34,617 nt of DNA from a virus (taxonomy: Duplodnaviria > Caudoviricetes), in IMG/VR virus record IMGVR_UViG_3300025101_003920, positions 1 to 34,617 of that record. One strand, written 5' to 3'. This document shows, piece by piece, positions 25,855-34,617 of this stretch. Within the stretch, counting starts at the first letter, position 1. Every line of letters begins with the position of its first letter. Position numbers and translations under genes: made by a program. The notes beneath the pieces were generated by a model that saw only the letters and a list, made by a program, of their open reading frames with translations, made no database searches and was not told the DNA's origin.

Positions 25855-26253
25855 ATGATTAACCCTGCTTTAGCTCACGCTCATTTAAATAAAGGCGAAG
25901 TGGGTATGGTTCAGCCTACGCCTCTGATTGATAACAGCTTGGATACAGGCACTCCTAGCAAAGTTGCTTTGAACCCTCAGGAACAAATTAGTGCACAGCA
26001 ACTCATGACCAAGGTTGGTCAAGATGCCGATACCGCAGTTATTGGCAAGATTGCTGAACAAGATGGTGCTATGCGGACTGCACAGCTACAACAGTCTCAA
26101 GCACAACAAGATGCCGAGCAAGCAGTTTCTACGATGATTTATGCCAAGTACGGTGCTAATTCTGCAACAGCATCTTTTGCAAATCCTGGTGAAGCAGAAC
26201 GACGAGGCGTCAGTGTCATGCAGCAATTAGGCATGAAAAATGCGATGAGTTAA
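25855..26253 (+). CDS. hypothetical protein
   Basis: 132 aa; TACAAT at 25823. Confidence 0.7.
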   Translation: MINPALAHAHLNKGEVGMVQPTPLIDNSLDTGTPSKVALNPQEQISAQQLMTKVGQDADTAVIGKIAEQDGAMRTAQLQQSQAQQDAEQAVSTMIYAKYGANSATASFANPGEAERRGVSVMQQLGMKNAMS

Positions 26254-26298
26254 TTAGCTAAATTGATAGAATTAGTAGAGAATAATTAGTACGGTATT

Positions 26299-26589
26299 GT
26301 GAATAGTAGAAAGGCTGGCGATTTTGCTAACGATCCAGAAATCTTTCAAGCTATTTGGAAGCACCTGAAGTCTGATGGTGTGGAAGATCAAGCAGCCAAT
26401 CATCTGACTGCTGAGATGATCCATCATGGTGATGACTTTGAAAGCTCTATTGAAGCGTACGAAAGAAATCTAAGTAACTATAAAGAACGAGGATATAACG
26501 AGCATGCTGCTCAAGCAATGGCAGTTGAGTCACTCGAATCAGAAAATAAGCCCACCGAAAGTGTTAGATTCGCAGGAATATATGGTTGA
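26299..26589 (+). CDS. hypothetical protein
   Basis: 96 aa with an internal repeat (GVEDQAANHLTAE / GYNEHAAQAMAVE). Confidence 0.7.
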   Translation: MNSRKAGDFANDPEIFQAIWKHLKSDGVEDQAANHLTAEMIHHGDDFESSIEAYERNLSNYKERGYNEHAAQAMAVESLESENKPTESVRFAGIYG

Positions 26590-26636
26590 TTTTTTGAACA
26601 TCTACTGATAGAATTAAGTATCAGTGAAGATTGAAT

Positions 26637-27578
26637 ATGTCACAAGTGAAGAGTTCTGGAGATTCTGTTCGCTCCTATTTGCGCGACATTGGCCGAATCC
26701 CACTTCTAGAACATGATGAAGAGATTTTGCTTGGTCGAAAAGTACAACGTTTGATGGAAATCAAAGCGTGCGAAGAGTTAGCAAGTACAGCTACAAAAGA
26801 CGATTTGGCAGGAGTTCTAGGTATGACTGTCAAAGATTTAAAGCGTGAAATCCGTGAAGGCAAGAAAGCTAAGGACAAAATGGTGACAGCAAATCTGCGT
26901 CTTGTTGTGTCAGTAGCTAAGAAATATACAAAACGGAATATGGATCTGCTTGATATTATTCAAGAGGGAACTATTGGGCTTGTAAGAGGTGTTGAAAAAT
27001 TTGACCCAGGTCGTGGCTATAAGTTTAGTACTTATGCATATTGGTGGATTAGGCAAGGGATTACTCGTGCAATCGCTGAAAAATCGAGGGCGATTCGGCT
27101 ACCAATTCATGTTACAGAAAACCTCAACAAGCTTAAGAAAGCCCAGCGTGAATTAAGTCAAATGAATGGTGAGATTCCAAACGTATTTGAATTGTCTGAA
27201 TACTTAAATTTGAGTGTTGATGAGATTAAAGATTTGATGTGCAAGGCTCGTCAACCAACATCTCTCGAAATCAAAATTGGAGAAAACCGCGATACCGCTC
27301 TAATCGATCTGCTTGAAGATAAATCTCAGCTACCCGATCTATTGCTTGAGCAGCAGTTCATTAAAGAGGATATTCGAGAACTCATTAATGATCTACCTGA
27401 AATGCAAGCCGCTGTAATTAGCATGCGCTACGGCATTGGCGATGAAATGCTTGAGCCAATGTCTATGACAGCAATTGGTCAGATTTTAAATATGAGCAGA
27501 GACCGTGTAAGGACGCTAGAACACAAAGCCCTTAAAGGGTTGAGAGAGCAATCGGAATGCGTCAGTGACTATGTTTAA
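26637..27578 (+). CDS. rpoD: RNA polymerase sigma-70 factor, group 2 RpoD-like (cyanobacterial type)
   Basis: Region 1.2 DSVRSYLRDIGRIPLL; region 2 NLRLVVSVAKKY, DIIQEG, KFSTYAYWWIRQ; region 4 HTH SRDRVRTLE; no region 1.1. Confidence 0.93.
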   Translation: MSQVKSSGDSVRSYLRDIGRIPLLEHDEEILLGRKVQRLMEIKACEELASTATKDDLAGVLGMTVKDLKREIREGKKAKDKMVTANLRLVVSVAKKYTKRNMDLLDIIQEGTIGLVRGVEKFDPGRGYKFSTYAYWWIRQGITRAIAEKSRAIRLPIHVTENLNKLKKAQRELSQMNGEIPNVFELSEYLNLSVDEIKDLMCKARQPTSLEIKIGENRDTALIDLLEDKSQLPDLLLEQQFIKEDIRELINDLPEMQAAVISMRYGIGDEMLEPMSMTAIGQILNMSRDRVRTLEHKALKGLREQSECVSDYV

Positions 27579-27607
27579 TACAATAGAAGAAAGTAAGATC
27601 GTGCAGC

Positions 27608-28297
27608 ATGAACGTTACACAGGAAATCTTAAAGCACGATCAGAGTTATTCTGCTAGTGATAATACCAACCCAGATCGCTATGCATCTGGGAAGGTTTTG
27701 AATTATGCAAATGGTGCAAGCATCACCAAACCAGACGTAGAAGAAATAAGCGTTGTCCCATACAATCTTCACTACGAAGATTCTGTAGGATTGTTTGGTG
27801 TAGAGAACTATTTTTTACGAGTCAACCTGAATGTTGTTGGTGATATTGTTCTGGCTGAATACATGGAGCCAGGGTATAACGCAGCAAAGATTGATTTGTT
27901 CGATACCTCAGTATCACCAAGCTATAACTTAGCTGCAAAGGATGACGATGCACCTGAGAATGATACTGGATGGAACAGTGCCGCTACTCCCGCATTGACT
28001 TTGCCTGATGTAGGCACTGAAACTTATTTAAGTGTAGAAATTGTTAATCACGAAACAGGTAATATTTACAACGACAATCATCTTGATGTACGCCTTTACA
28101 CAAGTGATCATGAAGAACATCCATACGATGTAATGTTCATCAAACCAAAAGATCACTTCTTTGTTGGTGTTCATGCGAGAAATACTCGCAGACTCCCTTA
28201 CAACATTGAAGTAAAAATTGGAGAAGAGTATAGCCCGCTTGAGTCTATTACAAATAAGGCTCAAATCATGAAAAGTAACGACCGACCTAGCTATTAA
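27608..28297 (+). CDS. hypothetical protein
   Basis: 229 aa; TACAAT at 27579. Confidence 0.75.
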   Translation: MNVTQEILKHDQSYSASDNTNPDRYASGKVLNYANGASITKPDVEEISVVPYNLHYEDSVGLFGVENYFLRVNLNVVGDIVLAEYMEPGYNAAKIDLFDTSVSPSYNLAAKDDDAPENDTGWNSAATPALTLPDVGTETYLSVEIVNHETGNIYNDNHLDVRLYTSDHEEHPYDVMFIKPKDHFFVGVHARNTRRLPYNIEVKIGEEYSPLESITNKAQIMKSNDRPSY

Positions 28298-28815
28298 TCT
28301 TCAAGTTTTTTCTTAATAGGTTTTTTTGAGAGCTTAACTGTAGGGACAGGAGAAGGTTTGGTATTTACGATAGGAGTAGTCTTTGTAGACTTAACTGCAA
28401 CAGCTTTTTTAGGCTCTACCCCTGCAGGCTTCTCAGAAGATCCTTGAGGTTTGACAGTCATAACCTTGCCACCGCTCATTGTCGGGAGAACGTAGTGCTC
28501 AATTAAACCCAGATCACGAGTAAAGAGTGCTGCACGAGTAATGCCCTTTGCACCATAAAAAGCAAAATTAAGCTTTCCATCATGGTCAATACGCACATGC
28601 GTTCCATTTCCTGAAGCGACAGCAAGCTTCAAAACTTCTCCATTAGCAGTAACTTCAAAAATAGTGCAGTCAACATACTGAACACCATTAGTAGCGTGCC
28701 ACCATTCTTTGATTTTATGAGTATCACCACCTCGCTTAGGACGGGTCAACCGCAGTTCTTTGCCAGTGTGCTTACTTACGTTTTTTACACCAGTAAGAAT
28801 AAGACTATCAGCCAT
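28294..28815 (-). CDS. hypothetical protein with Lys/Pro-rich tail
   Basis: 173-aa ORF overlapping the HNH stop. Confidence 0.7.
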   Translation of the reverse strand: MADSLILTGVKNVSKHTGKELRLTRPKRGGDTHKIKEWWHATNGVQYVDCTIFEVTANGEVLKLAVASGNGTHVRIDHDGKLNFAFYGAKGITRAALFTRDLGLIEHYVLPTMSGGKVMTVKPQGSSEKPAGVEPKKAVAVKSTKTTPIVNTKPSPVPTVKLSKKPIKKKLED

Positions 28816-29185
28816 TTTCGCGATTACAACTTTCTTCTATTTTAGTCCATTTAAGATTACCAACGATGTTGTTATCTTTTTGACCATCTACATGACGAAC
28901 TCTGCTACATGTCTTTGTACGACCGGGCAGTGATAATGGGGGTTTTAAAAATGCAAGTGCTACAAGTGTATGAACTGCTGCGGTAATTGTTTTCTTTCTT
29001 CCAATTCGTTGTGTAAGGTTAACTTGCATATAGCCATTCTTATTCTTCCGTTGCTTTAATATTTTCTCGGACCTTCCTTTAGTGCTTTTGATTTGTCCTT
29101 TGCTGTTTATATAGTATTCGATACAGCATTCATAGCCCGGTAAAGTATGAATCGGAGTCCATTCATTGTCGTCGATAAATTCCAT
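28808..29185 (-). CDS. NUMOD4-HNH homing endonuclease
   Basis: EWTPI..PGY..YYINSKGQIKS, GYMQVNL, VHTLVALAF, HVDGQKDNNIVGNLKW. Confidence 0.85.
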   Translation of the reverse strand: MEFIDDNEWTPIHTLPGYECCIEYYINSKGQIKSTKGRSEKILKQRKNKNGYMQVNLTQRIGRKKTITAAVHTLVALAFLKPPLSLPGRTKTCSRVRHVDGQKDNNIVGNLKWTKIEESCNRENG

Positions 29186-29307
29186 CGTTATTAACCACAA
29201 AATATTGGGGTATATATTCTAAAGTATAGCAATAACTACTAATATCGTTATATGTGTCTAAGTCGAAGACACTTATAAACCTTTTTAGCTTACGGAGTTA
29301 CGATCCT

Positions 29308-30456
29308 ATGTGGATTGATAATGATTTTCCGAAGCTTCTTGGTGCAGAGCTTTATCGTCCCCACCCGGCTTACATCATTGAGATGGCAGTTGAGCCGGTT
29401 GTGGTACACGACTTCTCTAAGCAACCCGGTCAAACAGTTCAGTTAGACCGTTACCGCTTCTGGGGTAAGCCCGGCACTAAGGAGTCCCGTGAGCGGACAG
29501 CCGATCAAACACTTGGATCCGCCTCCGCACGCAATATCGTCAAGGACAAAGTGCTGGTGACTCTCCGTGAGTACACCGGTCCTGCTGACTCCCGCGATTC
29601 CTCTCAGCCTTCCACCTTCAAGGTGGCTCGCGAAACTCTGATTACCGCTCAGCGTCTGCTGCTGGATACCGGCAACCTGAACGTGTTCCATCAGAGCATC
29701 GGTTCTCTGACCTTGCTCGACGACTATCGCCGCTGGCGCGATCGGGTGTTCGCTAACGAACTCCTGAAAGCAGAAGCTGCTGGTCAAGCAAGCAAAGATC
29801 AAGGTGGTTACTACCTGCCTGGCGGTAAAGCCAAAGGTGGTTCCGGTGGCACCCTCGGCGTTACCTACGCCGCTGGCGAATCCGCCAAGTTCGATGTGAA
29901 GACCGACCTTCTGGAAGTTGTCAAGGACATGCGTAAGCGCAACGTCCCGACTTTCGCTGATGGCTACTACCGCTGCATCGTGGATCCGACCGCGATGATG
30001 CACCTGCGCCAGAACGCTGACTTCCGCGAGATCGCTCGCTATCCGGGCAACGGCATGATTAACCCCATGCAGCCCAACCAGGCTCCCAACGCCAACTTCT
30101 ACCAAGGCATGGGTCCTGCTTACGGTCAAGCTGGCTTTGTTGCTGGTCAACCCGTTATGCCTACTGGCTTCCTCTTTGAGGGTGTCCGTTGGTTCGAGTC
30201 CACCAACCTGCCCGAAACCTCTTATAACCTCGTGGTGACTGACGAGAGCAGCTCTGCCGCTGACTACACGGCATCTCAGCTGATCTTCTTCGGCCCTCAG
30301 GCTGTTGGCGTGGGTATTGGTGGTAACAACGCTCAGATCTTGCTGAATAACAACGACGACTTCAGCCGTTTCATCATCATGATCTGGAGCCTGTTCGCCG
30401 GTTTTGAAACTCTGAATAGAGATTTCATTACGGTTGGTTACTCTTTCGTTTATTGA
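29308..30456 (+). CDS. major capsid protein (HK97 fold; resembles the N4-gp56-type family)
   Basis: 382 aa; GGAG RBS; strong C-ending codon bias; QPGQTVQLDRY, YYRCIVDP and GFLFEGVRWFEST motifs. Confidence 0.85.
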   Translation: MWIDNDFPKLLGAELYRPHPAYIIEMAVEPVVVHDFSKQPGQTVQLDRYRFWGKPGTKESRERTADQTLGSASARNIVKDKVLVTLREYTGPADSRDSSQPSTFKVARETLITAQRLLLDTGNLNVFHQSIGSLTLLDDYRRWRDRVFANELLKAEAAGQASKDQGGYYLPGGKAKGGSGGTLGVTYAAGESAKFDVKTDLLEVVKDMRKRNVPTFADGYYRCIVDPTAMMHLRQNADFREIARYPGNGMINPMQPNQAPNANFYQGMGPAYGQAGFVAGQPVMPTGFLFEGVRWFESTNLPETSYNLVVTDESSSAADYTASQLIFFGPQAVGVGIGGNNAQILLNNNDDFSRFIIMIWSLFAGFETLNRDFITVGYSFVY

Positions 30457-30472
30457 TAGGAGGTAACTAACA

Positions 30473-31114
30473 ATGTCCGTAATTTTCCCCGGTAATTATG
30501 TTTCTCACCTGAACGCATATCGCGAGCAGGGTGTTGAAGCTATCCCTGGTGTTGAGTTCTACCGTGCCGTTGGTGCACTGGTCCTCGATCCTGACAATGC
30601 AGGCACTCTGTCTGGTGGCTCTCTTGCTGCTGGCACCTATGGCCTGAAGATCTTGTCTCCTGACCTGCGTCAAGATGACAAGCCTCGTACTGATAAGACC
30701 TTCGTAATTCCTAAGGATTCCGTTGTCTATCGCACAGCTGTCTCCGCCCCTGGCGTGAAAGCAGCTGCTTCCGGTAACACCATCAAGATTGTCGCTCTCG
30801 GCGGCAACGCTCCTGGTAACACCGGTAGTGAAGTAACCCTGACTGCAGCAAGTGATCTCTTCTTCCCTGCTGCTGGCGCTACTTCTCCAATGCTGGGTGT
30901 ACTGAATGGCACTGCTGTAAGCACTTCTGCTGATACTGCAGTCCAGGTCGTCACCTCTGCAGGCTTCACCGCTGAGCAGAACCCCTCTGCTGGTGCTGAC
31001 CGTAAGAGCCCTTCCGCCATTCTGGTTGAAGTTTGCTACTACCGTGCAGCCTCTGCTCCTGACGCTGAAGATGCTCATATTCCTTATGGAATTGAAGCTG
31101 GTCAAGGCACCTGA
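30473..31114 (+). CDS. probable capsid decoration/minor capsid protein
   Basis: AGGAGG RBS; follows the MCP; beta-rich Ala/Thr/Gly composition; followed by a terminator. Confidence 0.55.
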   Translation: MSVIFPGNYVSHLNAYREQGVEAIPGVEFYRAVGALVLDPDNAGTLSGGSLAAGTYGLKILSPDLRQDDKPRTDKTFVIPKDSVVYRTAVSAPGVKAAASGNTIKIVALGGNAPGNTGSEVTLTAASDLFFPAAGATSPMLGVLNGTAVSTSADTAVQVVTSAGFTAEQNPSAGADRKSPSAILVEVCYYRAASAPDAEDAHIPYGIEAGQGT

Positions 31115-31134
31115 TTTATATAATCAGCATCAAG

Positions 31135-31160
31135 AGCGTCTCTTCGGAGGCGCTTTTTTT
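31135..31160 (+). terminator. intrinsic terminator
   Basis: AGCGTCTC-TTCG-GAGGCGCT followed by a T-run. Confidence 0.9.
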
Positions 31161-31194
31161 GTGCCTATAATAAGATTAGGTATACCCCAAAGAT

Positions 31195-31629
31195 ATGTCC
31201 GACCACAAGTTATTTCAAGACACCAAGACAGGTAAGTTGGTGGAATTTGTTACTCAGCACGATAAAGAGTTTGCAATGGTTAAAGACGCTGCAGGTGGCG
31301 TTACTTTTATGATGCTTGATCAACTAGTTCCTTATGATCCTCAAAAAGGACGTATGGCAAAGATCGCTCCTGTAGAACAAGAAGCGCCGGAAGAGCAAAT
31401 CCCTCAAACTGTTGTGCCGATTGAAGATACTCGCTTAAACTTAAATGCTGCTCCTGCAGAACAAATTGCTAAAAGACTGCCTGGTGTTGGCTTTGCTACC
31501 GCCAAGAAGATTGTTGAACTACGTATGTCATTGAGCGGCGAAAGGTTTGCCAATCTCAAACAGCTAGAAAATATTCCCCGAGTCAATTGGGATCAACTGA
31601 TTGAAGAGGACTTGATCTTTATTAGTTAA
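31195..31629 (+). CDS. helix-hairpin-helix (ComEA-like) DNA-binding protein
   Basis: LNLNAAPAEQIAKRLPGVGFATAKKIVELR...FANLKQLENIP. Confidence 0.8.
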   Translation: MSDHKLFQDTKTGKLVEFVTQHDKEFAMVKDAAGGVTFMMLDQLVPYDPQKGRMAKIAPVEQEAPEEQIPQTVVPIEDTRLNLNAAPAEQIAKRLPGVGFATAKKIVELRMSLSGERFANLKQLENIPRVNWDQLIEEDLIFIS

Positions 31630-31658
31630 ACTAGTGATATAAAAGTAGAAGTGTAGTA

Positions 31659-32111
31659 ATGGCTATTAGTATTGAGGAAGCTTTACTAGCAAAGGCAGCA
31701 CAAGACGAACAAGATCGTATTAGCCCTGGTAGTTCTACAGCACTTGGTGCTGGTCTTGGTGCGTTAACAGGAGCTACCGCTGGTGCAGTTCCTCATGCTG
31801 CTGGACTGCAGATAAATAAATTGAAAGACAGGTTAGCGGCAGGACAGGGGTTAGTTCCTGCTCCTAATACTGGAATGCGAGGCATTCGTAATGCTGTTCG
31901 CCCTGGTACACGTTTTGCTGGCGGATTGGTTGGAGCAATCTTGGGTGGTGGATTAGGAGCTGGAGCACGTCAAGCAATGATGGAAAATTCTCCCGCCGCA
32001 ACACTACTTGCAAAGATTCAGATGGGTGAAGAGCTGACTCAAGTTGAAAAAAGCATGCTTCAAAACGAGCTTGCCAGTACTTACAGCAATATCACCCAAG
32101 GAGCTGCCTGA
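31659..32111 (+). CDS. glycine-zipper protein
   Basis: LGAGLGALTGATAG and FAGGLVGAILGGGLGAG. Confidence 0.7.
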   Translation: MAISIEEALLAKAAQDEQDRISPGSSTALGAGLGALTGATAGAVPHAAGLQINKLKDRLAAGQGLVPAPNTGMRGIRNAVRPGTRFAGGLVGAILGGGLGAGARQAMMENSPAATLLAKIQMGEELTQVEKSMLQNELASTYSNITQGAA

Positions 32112-32608
32112 TGGAACTAGACGATTATCTAAAATCTAAAGTTCGATTTCACCTTGGCTTCAATGCCGGTGCCCAGATACCTGCTGGTGATCGATCAAGA
32201 TTAGAAGAAGCAATGTCACTTATCCCAGATGATTACTGGTATGAGCAGATCAACTATCATATCAAACGTTGTGATATCGCATGGAAAGCAAGTGCAGCTA
32301 TTCCTGACGACTATTTTGATGATAATGGTAGCAGAGTATTAAATCCATCTCGGCAAGAGATTATTTCTGGTGATGTAAGCCGAACAATCAGTACCTCAGA
32401 TCCACTCAAAGGTGATGAGTATTTCAGAGAAATCTATTTGAGAGAAATTGATCGTCTTGCGGAAAGCCTTTACGTACCAAATTATCGTCGTCCTGAAGTA
32501 CGTCGATATGCGTTTGAAAGATCAGGTGCTGAATTTATTATGGCTGTACCCGGTCCTGCAGATACAGCAGTCGGTACTCGCATGATGCTCAGCACTGATT
32601 GGTCTTAA
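32111..32608 (+). CDS. possible head-tail adaptor
   Basis: 165 aa; N-terminal KVRFHLG pattern and position after the head genes. Confidence 0.4.
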   Translation: MELDDYLKSKVRFHLGFNAGAQIPAGDRSRLEEAMSLIPDDYWYEQINYHIKRCDIAWKASAAIPDDYFDDNGSRVLNPSRQEIISGDVSRTISTSDPLKGDEYFREIYLREIDRLAESLYVPNYRRPEVRRYAFERSGAEFIMAVPGPADTAVGTRMMLSTDWS

Positions 32609-32642
32609 GTGTAGAATAGGTTTAGGCTATTTAAATAAAACC

Positions 32643-32942
32643 ATGTATGCCGTAAATACTCACGGTGCTCATAAAATTACAATGAATAGTCAGGAATCTG
32701 ACTATCAAGAAAGACTTAGGCAAGCCAGAGCTCAAGGCGATGGAAATCCATATACCAGTGGTGTACAGCCTGTAGTGAATCAAGCGCCTGCTCCTGAAAC
32801 AGTGCCTACTCCGCCTGCACCCCCAGAACAAAACTCTGTGGGAACTGACAAGTTAGATCAACGCCTTGCACTTTATGCAAAAGCTGCTGGTAATGCTGAC
32901 TTTAGTAATAATGATCGTTCTGAAACCATGAGGATTGCATAA
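32643..32942 (+). CDS. hypothetical protein
   Basis: 99 aa; TAGAAT at 32612. Confidence 0.65.
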   Translation: MYAVNTHGAHKITMNSQESDYQERLRQARAQGDGNPYTSGVQPVVNQAPAPETVPTPPAPPEQNSVGTDKLDQRLALYAKAAGNADFSNNDRSETMRIA

Positions 32943-33514
32943 TGGCTAGATCTAAAGTTCAACAAAATTCTATTGCGCTCGACCCCAATCGAGAGAAGCT
33001 ATCAATCAATATGTCGGTCACTCCTGGTGATCCAACAACTCAGATGAACAATCCTGGCAATGTCACCAGTTTTGGTCCTCAGCTGAGTGCACTCCCAGGT
33101 CCTGACGGAAGAGTTGTGAATGAGTTTCCTTATGGTGATAAAGGTTTGATGAGTGCATCACAGCTTGGTGTTGATGGTGGTGATATCAACCCCGCATTTG
33201 TCCCGCGCTCTCCAATGCCAAACCAAGGATCAGGAACTATGCGTGGGCATCAACGGAGCACACTCGCACTGTTTGCTGCACCTACCCCACCTGCAGAGAT
33301 GATGCAAGCAAGTCGAATGAACATGCATCCGTCTATGCAGGGCAAGCCTCAAAGTTTTATGGGTCTTACTGGTCAGCCTGCAAATGTTCAAACTCCACCG
33401 GGTTTTAACGCTGGTCAAGGAACGCCTTTACCGACCATGGAACAATACGCAGGTATGGCAATGACGCCAGGTGCGACTAAGCAAACAAAAGGAAAGAAAG
33501 GAGGTAAAGCGTAA
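32942..33514 (+). CDS. Pro/Met/Gly-rich hypothetical protein
   Basis: 190 aa; TAATG coupling. Confidence 0.7.
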   Translation: MARSKVQQNSIALDPNREKLSINMSVTPGDPTTQMNNPGNVTSFGPQLSALPGPDGRVVNEFPYGDKGLMSASQLGVDGGDINPAFVPRSPMPNQGSGTMRGHQRSTLALFAAPTPPAEMMQASRMNMHPSMQGKPQSFMGLTGQPANVQTPPGFNAGQGTPLPTMEQYAGMAMTPGATKQTKGKKGGKA

Positions 33515-34023
33515 TGGCTTCAACATCTACTAATAAGCAACCACTTCTGGTTGACCGAGTACTGCATGAAATTGTTGACCTTGCTGGTGCAACAGTAGAA
33601 ACAAACTCTGTAATCACCATTGGTGGCTCAAACGGTGCAAAGCTGATTGTTGACTGCACAACGAATGACGGTGCAATAATTAGTGAGATCTACACGCTCT
33701 CCAGAGCAACTAGTGCTGCTTATACAGTCAATATGTATATGAGTAGTGCAAAAGACTTCTTGAGAGCATCTCAAGCCTCTTTCCTTGGAACCTTTAATGG
33801 CACAACAACAGAAGGTTCTAAAACTGTTTACGGTGCAATGCCTTTTGTACTGAATCCAGTTCCTGGTCAAGGTTCTACAGATTCAAGCTTAGTTATTGGT
33901 ACACAGTTCCAAGCATTATACATTCCTAAAGGTAAGTGCCTGTGGGCTGCGGTTAAGAAGAAGACCTCTAGCGATACGGCAACCGAAGCACCCCTACTTG
34001 GAGTCCATGGCGGATTCTATTGA
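33514..34023 (+). CDS. probable virion structural protein
   Basis: 169 aa, beta-rich; GGAGG RBS. Confidence 0.6.
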   Translation: MASTSTNKQPLLVDRVLHEIVDLAGATVETNSVITIGGSNGAKLIVDCTTNDGAIISEIYTLSRATSAAYTVNMYMSSAKDFLRASQASFLGTFNGTTTEGSKTVYGAMPFVLNPVPGQGSTDSSLVIGTQFQALYIPKGKCLWAAVKKKTSSDTATEAPLLGVHGGFY

Positions 34024-34617
34024 TGCCTAGGAAGCGTAGTGACTTTAATCCTGGCATATACTCCTTTAAGGGATTTGCCAGTATAAATCGATCTCTTGGT
34101 AATCCAAGGGGTTCTGGTTTCTACCCAAGTAATCGGGAATTTGGTTCTACGGTTCAAAGAAGCATAATCGATCAGTGGAATCTTGAAAGTGATTGGGTCA
34201 AGTGGCGAAAAGGTTATGAGATTTATAATCGAACTGCTTGGTCCACGCTGAAGATTAAAAATCAAAACTACGATCCAGGCTTAGAACAAACTGGAAGTAA
34301 TACACCGTTTGTGGATGCATTGCTAGATGCAACACTATACAAAGGAACGCCGTATCAAATTAGCAATACGTTTTCGGGTTATGAATATCCGACAATGAAG
34401 GCAGATACAAACACACATTATGTAGTTAAAAGGACTCCAGAAAATAAATCGCTAGGGACAGTAACAAGCGTTAAGAATGATTCGTTTGTATATACCGATG
34501 ACTATAACAACGGAGAAGTCTGTGTATCCATCAACCCAGACGCTACGACTGGTAGATTGCTTCTTCAGATGGTAGGTGAAAGAATTGCTGATGGAGAATA
34601 TGCAGACAATAATCGTA
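34023..34617 (+). CDS. probable virion structural protein, partial
   Basis: ATG 34023 (TGATG coupling), MPRKRSDFNPG..., open to the window end. Confidence 0.65.
   Translation, partial: MPRKRSDFNPGIYSFKGFASINRSLGNPRGSGFYPSNREFGSTVQRSIIDQWNLESDWVKWRKGYEIYNRTAWSTLKIKNQNYDPGLEQTGSNTPFVDALLDATLYKGTPYQISNTFSGYEYPTMKADTNTHYVVKRTPENKSLGTVTSVKNDSFVYTDDYNNGEVCVSINPDATTGRLLLQMVGERIADGEYADNNR

Noticed and set aside
29443-31105. Long antisense ORFs (29443-30150, 30467-31105)
   Set aside because: Shadows of strongly codon-biased capsid genes
31195-31629. PsbU photosystem auxiliary gene
   Set aside because: Shares only the HhH pattern; no signal peptide, and the structural-module context favours a ComEA-like protein
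1-34617. Stop-codon reassignment, introns or inteins
   Set aside because: Core genes (TerL, portal, sigma, MCP) are intact and of normal length in the standard code
1-34617. Assignment to a named phage genus
   Set aside because: Cannot be established without a database comparison of TerL and MCP

Overview
Segment of a tailed dsDNA bacteriophage, most likely a marine cyanophage (cyanobacterial-type group-2 RpoD sigma factor, tRNA-Leu(UAA)). The left part (1-8950) is mostly a minus-strand array of small early-type genes (RHH protein, HNH, SSB, HAD phosphatase, many micro-ORFs). Most of these genes are preceded by a conserved element: a GAACAC box, 11 nt, then a 6-bp covarying hairpin with an R-N-T-W tetraloop (15 copies plus one variant), often closed by an outer GAACAC/GTGTTC stem. 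A non-coding divergence region (~8950-9620) follows. The right part is a plus-strand late module: a cluster of Gly-rich putative internal-virion/ejection proteins, a lytic transglycosylase, terminase, portal overlapping scaffold by 491 nt, sigma factor, HNH homing endonuclease, major capsid protein and head-associated genes. Many late genes have their own -10 box. The best candidate for an undescribed system is the hairpin-element gene-cassette array. All product calls come from motif recognition by eye; no database searches were run.
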